57,421 nt of DNA from Candidatus Komeilibacteria bacterium CG_4_10_14_0_2_um_filter_37_10. Lineage in GTDB: Bacteria > Patescibacteriota > Patescibacteriia > UBA1558. The position numbers and the translations under genes were made by a program. Below, piece by piece: positions 36,841 to 44,560 of the stretch. The stretch is from assembly GCA_002793075.1 (NCBI GenBank), contig PFPO01000073.1:1-57421 (forward strand), in the 5' to 3' direction. Every line of letters starts with the position of its first letter. Positions within the stretch are counted from its first letter, which is position 1. Below the pieces are notes generated by a model, which was not told the DNA's origin, searched no databases, and was given only the letters and a program-made list of their open reading frames with translations.

Positions 36841-38314
36841 GTAAAAGTTTTATCGCTGATTTAATACGCGTTATGGACTCTTGCTGTCCAAGTTCTAATA
36901 GTAATTCTAATGGTGCTTCACTATGCTCTTTACCCGATAAAGCGACTCGTAGTGGCCAATAAACATCGCCATTGTTAAAACCACAATTTTTAATAAGATC
37001 AGTAAAGAATAGTTGCAGAGTCTCTTGCTGCCATTGTGTCGTGGTTAAAGTAGTTAAGAATTGATTAATCTTTTCTAATGCTGACAAACTTATTGACTGA
37101 GTGCTTTTTTTGAATATTAATAACGAAGTTGGGTAAGTTGCTAGTTTTATTAAATGAGAAAAATAATCAGGATAATCAGCAAATTTTTTAATACGTGTTT
37201 GTGCTACTTGTGCTTGAGATTCATTGAAGTTAACTAAGAATTCAGGATGATTTTGAGAAAGCCAAGTTCTTAATGATTGAGAAAAATTAGATAAACTTAA
37301 TTGTTGCAAATAGTACTGATTAAACCAATCTAACTTTTCGACATCAAAAATGGCAGCAGCTTTATTGATTTGCTTGATACTAAACAACTGAATAATTTGA
37401 TCCAGAGTCATTTTTTCTAAGTCCTGACCAGGATGCCAGCCCAAGAGGGCAATAAAATTAATAATGGCTTCTGGCAAATAGCCCTTAGCTAAATAATCAC
37501 AAACCGCTACATCACCACTGCGTTTACTTAGTTTAGAGCGATCCCTATTAATTAGTAGAGGTAAATGGATATATTTAGGTAGTGGCCAATCTAAGTATTT
37601 ATACAAAAGGACATGCTTAGGTGTTGATGGTAGCCACTCTTCGCCGCGAATAATATGATTAACTCCCATTAAATGATCATCAACTATTACTGCTAAATGA
37701 TAAGTTGGATAACCATCAGATTTTATTAATATTTGATCATCGATTAGATTGCTATCAAAAATAAGCTGCCCTCTTATTTCATCCAGTACTTCAATTTTCT
37801 GATCAGCTGGTACTGCTAAACGGATAACATAACTCTTCTTCTTATTGAGATTATCAGCCACTGTGGCTGGCGTTAAATGACGACAAAATCCATCATATTT
37901 GGTTGGCTTTTTTTCTTTTGTTTGTTGCTCGTGCAATTGACTCAAGCGATCACTATCACAAAAACAATAATAGGCATTTCCCTGAGCTATTAATTTTTGC
38001 CCATACTTTTGATAAATCGTTAAACGTGCTGATTGTAAATAAGGACCATTGTTGCCAATTTCCGATAATGTGTGGTCATCTTTTGTTATTGGTCCTTGAT
38101 CATAATGTAGATGAAAACTATTTAAAGTATTAATAATATCAATGATTGAATCTGCTACGAGCCGTTGACGATCAGTATCTTCAATTCGCAGGATAAATTG
38201 GCCATTTGTTTTCTTTGCTAAGGCATAATTATAAAGTGCCGTACGTAAACCACCAATGTGCATATAGCCAGTTGGTGAGGGTGCAAACCGCGTAATAATC
38301 GGTTGACTTTTCAT
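36821..38314 (-). CDS. gltX: glutamate--tRNA ligase
   Basis: FAPSPTGYMHIGGLRTALYN (HIGH) and KLSKRSG (KMSKS). The ATG at 38314 (MKSQPIITRFAPSPTG) is preferred. The tracked start at 38347 would overlap the upstream gene. Confidence 0.92.
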   Translation of the reverse strand: MKSQPIITRFAPSPTGYMHIGGLRTALYNYALAKKTNGQFILRIEDTDRQRLVADSIIDIINTLNSFHLHYDQGPITKDDHTLSEIGNNGPYLQSARLTIYQKYGQKLIAQGNAYYCFCDSDRLSQLHEQQTKEKKPTKYDGFCRHLTPATVADNLNKKKSYVIRLAVPADQKIEVLDEIRGQLIFDSNLIDDQILIKSDGYPTYHLAVIVDDHLMGVNHIIRGEEWLPSTPKHVLLYKYLDWPLPKYIHLPLLINRDRSKLSKRSGDVAVCDYLAKGYLPEAIINFIALLGWHPGQDLEKMTLDQIIQLFSIKQINKAAAIFDVEKLDWFNQYYLQQLSLSNFSQSLRTWLSQNHPEFLVNFNESQAQVAQTRIKKFADYPDYFSHLIKLATYPTSLLIFKKSTQSISLSALEKINQFLTTLTTTQWQQETLQLFFTDLIKNCGFNNGDVYWPLRVALSGKEHSEAPLELLLELGQQESITRIKSAIKLLHEYENK

Positions 38315-38324
38315 AAATAATGAT

Positions 38325-39074
38325 CTAATTTTTTGCCCAATAGTCATATTTAATAAATAAATAAGAAAATTTAATTAGCGCTGAATAAATTCTTTGATAC
38401 CTGCGTGGCTGTCGTACTAAACGGTAAAACCACTCTAGACCACAGAAACGAATTAAATATGGCGCGCGTAATTTAGGATTAGCCAAAAAATCGAACGAAC
38501 CGCCAACACCAATTGCAACTTTGACCGATGATAATTTATCCAAATAATTAGCAATGAACTTTTGCGCTTGGGGAGCATTGTAACCAACTAATAACAAGTC
38601 AGGTTGCAGCTGATTTATTCGTCCTATGATTTCATTAAGCTCAAGAATATTCATTTGTTCAATATTGGTAAAACCATGATCGCAGCCCACTATGTTAGCT
38701 TGGGAATTAATTGCCAGTATTTTTCTCTTAGCTTCATAAGCAATACCCTCACGAGCGCCGAGCAAATAAACTCGATAGTTATTAATGCGCGAGTCTTTGA
38801 TTAAATAACTAATTAAATCAATACCAGTGATACGACAAATTTTTGCACCCTTGAGCCGCGCTGCTAATACAACACCCGTCCCATCAGCGGTATTATAAGT
38901 ACAATTATTTAATATTTGTTTAAAAATAGAATCTTGCCAGGCAGTAACAAGAAATTCCGGATTAACTGTGGCAATTTGATGTTGTTTGGTGCTTACTAGA
39001 AGTTCAAAAAAATTATTCATCAATTGATTAAATTTTAAATCATCTATTCTAACACCTAGTATTTTAATACTCAT
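38325..39074 (-). CDS. WecB/TagA/CpsF family glycosyltransferase (N-acetylmannosaminyltransferase-like)
   Basis: ILGVRIDD...ATVNPEF...ADGTGVVLAARL...VYLLGA...GVGGSFDF...RAP...GLEWFYRLVRQPRR is the family pattern. ATG at 39074 preferred, since the tracked start at 39116 is a TTG. Confidence 0.85.
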   Translation of the reverse strand: MSIKILGVRIDDLKFNQLMNNFFELLVSTKQHQIATVNPEFLVTAWQDSIFKQILNNCTYNTADGTGVVLAARLKGAKICRITGIDLISYLIKDSRINNYRVYLLGAREGIAYEAKRKILAINSQANIVGCDHGFTNIEQMNILELNEIIGRINQLQPDLLLVGYNAPQAQKFIANYLDKLSSVKVAIGVGGSFDFLANPKLRAPYLIRFCGLEWFYRLVRQPRRYQRIYSALIKFSYLFIKYDYWAKN

Positions 39075-39138
39075 GATTAATAAATTAGTAATGAATGTTT
39101 CTACATTTTGCCACAATCATCAGCTGAACAGCCAAAAT

Positions 39139-39194
39139 ATTTCGAAATTAAAGGCTCACTGTTTAGATTTTAGCAGTTTTTCTTAGATTTAGCA
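39139..39194. promoter_or_regulatory. candidate operator elements upstream of the radical SAM operon
   Basis: A perfect 10-bp palindrome ATTTCGAAAT (39139-39148). A direct repeat TTAGATTTTAGCA (39163-39175) / TTAGATTTAGCA (39183-39194) has 20-nt phasing, and its second copy overlaps the -35 box. Confidence 0.3.
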
Positions 39195-39211
39195 ATATTT
39201 TGTGCTATAAT
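39183..39211 (+). promoter_or_regulatory. candidate promoter giving a leaderless radical SAM mRNA
   Basis: TTAGAT (39183-39188), 17-nt spacer, TATAAT (39206-39211) preceded by TGtGc, then 6 nt to the ATG at 39218. Confidence 0.45.
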
Positions 39212-39217
39212 AGAATA

Positions 39218-39712
39218 ATGATTGAAGCCATTCTTAAGCAAATTAAAAATGGTGGTTATCAATGCACTTTGTGTCATCACAATTGTTTTTTAAAAAATGG
39301 ACAAACTGGTCTTTGTCGTACCAGAAAAATGATTAATAATCAACTAATGGTTTTGAATTATAATCAAATAGTTGCTTTACAAGTTGATCCGATAGAAAAA
39401 AAGCCATTGTATCATTTTTTACCTGGTTCCCAGACTCTATCTTTAGCTTGTTGGGGTTGTAATTTTAAGTGTTTGAACTGCCAAAATTTCAATTTGTCGC
39501 AGGAAGAAGAGTCAGTCACCGATCAAGCTATTGATGTTAATGAAGTAATTAACAGGGCAAAACAACTAGGGTGTTTATCAATTGCTTATACTTATACCGA
39601 ACCAACAATTTTTCTCGAAACTGCTTTACCAATTATGCAAGCGGCTAAGAAAAATGGTTTATTTAACATTTGGGTGAGCAATGGTTTTTTTCTGAACAAT
39701 GTTGGCAATTAA
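39218..39712 (+). CDS. radical SAM enzyme, N-terminal fragment (frame 0)
   Basis: Contains the 4Fe-4S/SAM motif CNFKCLNC. Terminates 7 codons after the T7 run (GFFLNNVGN*). Confidence 0.7.
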   Translation: MIEAILKQIKNGGYQCTLCHHNCFLKNGQTGLCRTRKMINNQLMVLNYNQIVALQVDPIEKKPLYHFLPGSQTLSLACWGCNFKCLNCQNFNLSQEEESVTDQAIDVNEVINRAKQLGCLSIAYTYTEPTIFLETALPIMQAAKKNGLFNIWVSNGFFLNNVGN

Positions 39713-40224
39713 TTAAACCATATTTGGATGCTATCAATATTGATCTAAAGTTTGGTACTGATTATCAATATCAAAAAATTTGCCACGGTCGCTATCAACC
39801 AGTATGGAACAATATTGTCCAAGTAAATAACTCACCGGTTCATTCAGAAATTACCAATTTAATTATCCCGGGAATTAACGATGATCAAAAATCTTTTTTG
39901 ACGTTGGTTAAAAAAATTTATCAGCTTAATAAATTTATCCCCGTACATTTGAGTAAATATTTTCCCGTGGAACCAAATCTCCTATCAGTAGTAACTTCTG
40001 ATAAGCAATTAATAAATTTTTATCAGCAAGCCAGAAAGATTGGATTGCCGTATATCTACCTTGGTAATGTAAACAATGAAAAATATAACTCCACTTACTG
40101 TCCTCATTGTTTAACGACTATTATCACGCGCATTGGTTATCGCACTATTAATTATCTAATCAATAATCGTTGTCCTCGTTGTCTTTATTCAATTAACATT
40201 TATTGTAATGAGCAAACTATTTAA
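39670..40224 (+). CDS. radical SAM enzyme, C-terminal fragment (-1 frame)
   Basis: The tracked start is a TTG and the 184-aa translation contains no other Met, so independent initiation is doubtful. The sequence continues the family alignment (SEQCWQLIKPYLDAINIDLK). Confidence 0.6.
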   Translation: MGEQWFFSEQCWQLIKPYLDAINIDLKFGTDYQYQKICHGRYQPVWNNIVQVNNSPVHSEITNLIIPGINDDQKSFLTLVKKIYQLNKFIPVHLSKYFPVEPNLLSVVTSDKQLINFYQQARKIGLPYIYLGNVNNEKYNSTYCPHCLTTIITRIGYRTINYLINNRCPRCLYSINIYCNEQTI

Positions 40225-41617
40225 AAGTATTATTATTAGCATTATCTTGTTACTCACTACTAACATCTTATTAGTGCACGCACAAATAGAGTATGAATCA
40301 AATCCCCTTTTTAATGCTAATTTGATTATTTCTGATCAAGATTTTACCAACTATCAGTCAATGACTTTGGAAGAAATACAAAGCTTTTTAGAAACTAAGG
40401 GTACTTTGGGTAGTTATATTGATCCCATGGCAAATCTGCGAGCCTCTTTTATTATTTTCACTGCTGCTAACGATTATCAAATAAATCCGCAAGTATTGTT
40501 AACTTTAATTCAGAAGGAGCAAAGTTTAGTAGATGATCCGTCCCCTAGCAAAAGACAATTGGACTGGGCCGCCGGCTATAGTTGTTACAACGGATCGTGT
40601 GATGAAAATTATCGCGGTTTTACTATGCAAATTAGAGGTGCAGCAAGAAAATTTATGGTTGGTTATTGGCCTGATTTGGTAAGTTCTAATTGTACTTTTA
40701 CTAATTGGTGTGTCAATAAACCCAAAAGGACGCAAGATAATATTTTGGTTACCCCCGGAAGCAAAGCAACTTGTGCTCTGTATACTTACAATCCCTATCG
40801 CGGTAATACCATAGTCAATGGCTTAAAAATTGGCGCTAATTATAATTTCTGGAAAATCTGGAATCGTTGGTTTGGCATCAGTAAATATCCGGATGGTACT
40901 TTGCTCAAAGCTAAGGGACAGGCTAAGGTTTTTGTCATTAAAGATGGCCAAAAAAGATGGATAACTTCCTTCGCCGCCCTGACTACGAGATTTAATCCCA
41001 ATAATATTATTGAAGTAACTGAGGAAATGCTTAGTAGCTATCCTGAAGGACCTGCTATCCGTTATCCGCTTTTTACGCTACTAAAAACACCGAACGGTTC
41101 AATTTATTTAATTGATCGTGATAGTAAACGAATAATTGTCTCTTGGGAAGTTTTTCGCCTTATTGGTTTCAATCCTGAGGAAATTGAAGAGGTTGATTTT
41201 ACTGATGTTAACGATATTCCTGACGGTATTCCTATTACCCTCACAGACTCGTATCCTACAGGCGCAGTTCTCAAGGTGCAAGGTAATAATGATCTATATT
41301 ATGTAGAAAATGGTTATCGTTACCCAATTATTGATGAGATTATTCGTCTTAATCAATATTCTTATCTAAAACCAATAACGGTTACTACGCTAGAGATTGA
41401 AAAGTACCAACTGCGGGAGCAAATAAAATTTAGTGATGGGACGTTATTAAAGGCTAGCAATGATAATAAAGTCTATGTTATCTCCCAGGGAACAAGACGA
41501 TTGATACCAACGGCTGATATCTTTGTGAATTATGGATATAGTTGGTCCAATATAATCGAAGTCAGTCAACAAGTATTAGAATTACATCCCTTAGGTGAAT
41601 CATTAAGTAATTTGTAA
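40208..41617 (+). CDS. secreted protein: unknown N-terminal domain plus four tandem repeats of about 55-60 aa
   Basis: Signal peptide MSKLFKSIIISIILLLTTNILLVHA/Q. Cys-containing N domain (INPQVLLTLIQKEQSL...GYSCYNGSCDENYRG). The C-terminal repeats each follow the pattern G(T/A)(L/V)LK...(V/L)Y(V/L)I..G.(K/R)R.I. Confidence 0.7.
   Translation: MSKLFKSIIISIILLLTTNILLVHAQIEYESNPLFNANLIISDQDFTNYQSMTLEEIQSFLETKGTLGSYIDPMANLRASFIIFTAANDYQINPQVLLTLIQKEQSLVDDPSPSKRQLDWAAGYSCYNGSCDENYRGFTMQIRGAARKFMVGYWPDLVSSNCTFTNWCVNKPKRTQDNILVTPGSKATCALYTYNPYRGNTIVNGLKIGANYNFWKIWNRWFGISKYPDGTLLKAKGQAKVFVIKDGQKRWITSFAALTTRFNPNNIIEVTEEMLSSYPEGPAIRYPLFTLLKTPNGSIYLIDRDSKRIIVSWEVFRLIGFNPEEIEEVDFTDVNDIPDGIPITLTDSYPTGAVLKVQGNNDLYYVENGYRYPIIDEIIRLNQYSYLKPITVTTLEIEKYQLREQIKFSDGTLLKASNDNKVYVISQGTRRLIPTADIFVNYGYSWSNIIEVSQQVLELHPLGESLSNL
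40886..41614 (+). repeat. four tandem protein-level repeats inside the secreted protein
   Basis: Units start near aa 227 (YPDGTLLKAKGQAKVFVIKDGQKRWI), 287 (PLFTLLKTPNGSIYLIDRDSKRII), 349 (YPTGAVLKVQGNNDLYYVENGYRYPI) and 408 (FSDGTLLKASNDNKVYVISQGTRRLI). Confidence 0.7.
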
Positions 41618-41620
41618 TTT

Positions 41621-42397
41621 ATGTCCTTAGTTTATTCGTCAATATTGCCTCATCCACCACTACTAGTACCCTTCTTTTTAACGAAAAACAAATTGTTGTT
41701 AAAAAATCTTTTGGTTAGTATTAATCAAGTAAAGGAATCAATTTATCATAAAAATCTGGATACCATCATTATTATTGCTCCTCACACTCAACTAGTCAGT
41801 GGTACCATTGAAATAAATATTGCTAATCAGTTTACATTAGACTTCAGCTCCTTTGGTGATTTGTCTACTTATAAAAATTATCCATCAGATTTGGACTTAA
41901 TTGGTTTACTTCATGATAGCGATGTTAAAAATCTATCTTTCCAATATCAAGATCGGGTTAACTATGATTACGCGATACCCCTAGCTCTTTTAGACAACAA
42001 TTTAGCGGTAAAGTACGTTTTAATTGGTGTCAATAACTGTTCTGACGAACAAATAACAAGTTTTGCTACAAGTTTAACGAATATTTTGCATGTAGAAAAG
42101 AAAAGAGTTGGAATGATTATTTCCGGTGATTTATCACATCAAATTGAAAAAAGTAATAGCAAACTTAAACTATTGGCTGCGGATAATTTAATTTTGGATT
42201 GGTTAAAGAATAAAGAAAGTTTTATTAATAGTAATCAATTATTAACAAGTCATGAATTTAGCCAAGCTGGTATTTGTCTCTATCAACCACTATTACTCGG
42301 TTTAACGATTCTGAGTAATATTAATTATCAATGTAATATCTTACGAACGGATAGTTTAGCCGGAATAAACTATTTAATTGCGGAATTCATTATTTAG
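41621..42397 (+). CDS. class III extradiol dioxygenase subunit B-like / Memo-like protein (candidate AmmeMemoRadiSam protein B)
   Basis: The N-terminus SILPHPPLLVP, then IIIAPHT and ISGDLSH, resemble the LigB/Memo superfamily. The usual DHG segment reads DYDYAIPL, so metal ligands may be altered. Confidence 0.5.
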   Translation: MSLVYSSILPHPPLLVPFFLTKNKLLLKNLLVSINQVKESIYHKNLDTIIIIAPHTQLVSGTIEINIANQFTLDFSSFGDLSTYKNYPSDLDLIGLLHDSDVKNLSFQYQDRVNYDYAIPLALLDNNLAVKYVLIGVNNCSDEQITSFATSLTNILHVEKKRVGMIISGDLSHQIEKSNSKLKLLAADNLILDWLKNKESFINSNQLLTSHEFSQAGICLYQPLLLGLTILSNINYQCNILRTDSLAGINYLIAEFII

Positions 42398-42400
42398 GAT

Positions 42401-44089
42401 ATGTACTATCATATCATTCCTATAGCGAAGATAAATCCTCAAAAATCAACATTTATTTATCACAGTGCACAGGAGCTTAGCATTGGTGATATTGTGAATA
42501 TTAATTTAGGGGCGACAAAATATTTAGGATTAATATATCGCCAGGCTTATCAACAAGAAATAAAATTTAAAATTAAAGATATCACCACCCCGATCAAGGG
42601 TTTATTTTTAGACCAGCAACAAATTAATTTAATGGAAAATGTTGCGGAAAAACTGCATTTGTCTTTAGCGACGACTTTATTTATTCTCATGCCAAAACTG
42701 ACAATCAAAAAATTATTGATCAGTACCCTATACAAAACAAAGAAGCTTGATTTAATCAAAAGAAATTATCGCCAGTTTTATATAAACTATCATTTTTATG
42801 AAGACAAATTAAAATATTATCAAAAAATAATTGGTAATTGTTCAGGACAGAGTTTAATTATTGTGCCTGATATTATATCGCAGGATAATATTTACCAGTA
42901 TCTAAAAAAGGGTAATGCCAAATTAGAGATTATTAAATTATCCGCACAAACAAAATCCAGCCAACAAACAGAGTATTGGCGGGATATTCATAATGGCCAA
43001 ATTAAAGTAGTTATTGGTACCAGAAAATCCGTTTTTTTTCCTTTTAATAACTTGCAAAATATTATTTTCGACCAAGCAGCAAATAATAATCATCGACAGT
43101 GGGATCAAAACCCTCGTTTTGATAGTAGTATTTTAGTTGATAGTTTAGCAGCCACCCATGGATCAAATTTATATTTTGTGGATTGTTTTTTTAATTTGTC
43201 TTGCTATCAACAAATATTGCAACAAAAAAAATATTACCAATTGCAAAGCGCTAACCAACGGGGTAATATTGAAGTTCATAGTGGCGATGAGCTCAATAAA
43301 ATTTCTGATTTATTACAACGGTTAAACAAAAAGGATAAAATAATAGTTCTTTTTAATCAGTTAAATAAACGGCAACTATTTTGCACAAAATGCCAAATCT
43401 CTCTCGATAACGAAACTTGTCATTATTGTAATTCAACTAGTTTACAAAGGGTTAATAGTATATATGAATTATGGCAACAAGCAGTTAAAGACAAATATGA
43501 CGGTTTAGATGCCTACTTATTTTCCGCCAATAATAAATCAATTAATACCAATAAAAGTATCATCTTTGCTACTGTTGCTATTTTGCCATATTTACCCCAG
43601 ATGCAATGGACTCGTTTGATTATTGCTGATTTTACCAGTTGGCAAAATCATTTAGATTTAGATCGACAGTTTTATCTACGTTACATACTAAATTATTTAC
43701 TGGCTTTTAAAAAACCCTTAGATATATTTACTAGCGAGAAGGGCAATCCCCTCTTACTCGTTAATGATCAACAGAAATTTATTAAACAACAATTACTGCT
43801 AGCAAAAAATAATAATTTATTTCCTTATCACAATATAATTAAAATAATTATTAAAGCAAAAACCAAAATTACTTTGCTAAAAAAGACAGATTTACTAATT
43901 AAATTTTTGTCTTCATACATCCTAGTTGATGAGCTGTACAAAACTACTATTTCTCATGATCACAATCAACTGTATCATTCACTTATCTTGACCGATTACC
44001 ATAATCATGATATTAATAAATTTATCCAATGCAAAATTAGCGGTGTTTATTGGGAATTAAATCCTTATCAAGTAATTAGTAATAAATAA
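42401..44089 (+). CDS. priA: PriA-like primosomal protein N' homolog with degenerate helicase motifs
   Basis: N-terminal 3'-DNA-binding-like segment (IGDIVNINLGATKYLGLIY). LIIVPDI and VVIGTRKSVFFPFNNL align to PriA LVPEI and [10 protein letters not shown]. One CxxC-x8-CxxC. Sits directly upstream of def-fmt. No GxGKT, and DEEH reads DQAA. Confidence 0.6.
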   Translation: MYYHIIPIAKINPQKSTFIYHSAQELSIGDIVNINLGATKYLGLIYRQAYQQEIKFKIKDITTPIKGLFLDQQQINLMENVAEKLHLSLATTLFILMPKLTIKKLLISTLYKTKKLDLIKRNYRQFYINYHFYEDKLKYYQKIIGNCSGQSLIIVPDIISQDNIYQYLKKGNAKLEIIKLSAQTKSSQQTEYWRDIHNGQIKVVIGTRKSVFFPFNNLQNIIFDQAANNNHRQWDQNPRFDSSILVDSLAATHGSNLYFVDCFFNLSCYQQILQQKKYYQLQSANQRGNIEVHSGDELNKISDLLQRLNKKDKIIVLFNQLNKRQLFCTKCQISLDNETCHYCNSTSLQRVNSIYELWQQAVKDKYDGLDAYLFSANNKSINTNKSIIFATVAILPYLPQMQWTRLIIADFTSWQNHLDLDRQFYLRYILNYLLAFKKPLDIFTSEKGNPLLLVNDQQKFIKQQLLLAKNNNLFPYHNIIKIIIKAKTKITLLKKTDLLIKFLSSYILVDELYKTTISHDHNQLYHSLILTDYHNHDINKFIQCKISGVYWELNPYQVISNK

Positions 44090-44092
44090 TTT

Positions 44093-44560
44093 ATGATTCT
44101 AAATATTTTAACTTACCCTAATAATTTTTTACGCGGTAAAAATCGGATATTACGTGATATTTTATCGACCGAGACCCAAACTTTTATTGAAAATTTAAAA
44201 GAAACTATGTTGGTTAAAGATGGTGTTGGTTTAGCAGCTCGGCAAGTTGGCAATGAAGACCAAATTTTTGTGGTACAAATCGATAAAAATATTGAAGTTT
44301 TTATTAATGCCAAAATAGTTTACTCCTCTTTTATTAAAAGTGAATTAGAAGAGGGATGTTTATCAGTTCCCGATGTTTATGGTTTAGTTAGTCGACCGAA
44401 AACAATACTAGTTAAATATTACAATCAAATAGGTCAATTAAAGATCAAAAGATTCAGCAATTTGATTGCTCATGTAGTCCAACACGAATATGATCATAAT
44501 CAAGGTGTCCTATTTATCGATAAAGTAAAGGAATTAACACATGGCATTATCCCCCAATAA
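44093..44560 (+). CDS. def: peptide deformylase
   Basis: All three motifs are present: GVGLAARQVG, EGCLSVP and QHEYDHNQG. Confidence 0.93.
   Translation: MILNILTYPNNFLRGKNRILRDILSTETQTFIENLKETMLVKDGVGLAARQVGNEDQIFVVQIDKNIEVFINAKIVYSSFIKSELEEGCLSVPDVYGLVSRPKTILVKYYNQIGQLKIKRFSNLIAHVVQHEYDHNQGVLFIDKVKELTHGIIPQ

Larger units (their letters stand above)
39218..40224 (+). pseudogene. AmmeMemoRadiSam-system-type radical SAM enzyme, reading frame broken by one frameshift (pseudogene, assembly error or -1 recoding)
   Basis: The two adjacent ORFs are contiguous halves of one protein. The N half has the CxxC region QCTLCHHNC, DPIEKKPLYHFLPGS and the CxxxCxxC cluster CNFKCLNC. The C half has YLDAINIDLK and the C-terminal CPHC...CPRC. 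The break lies in the T7 run at 39685-39691. Confidence 0.8.
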
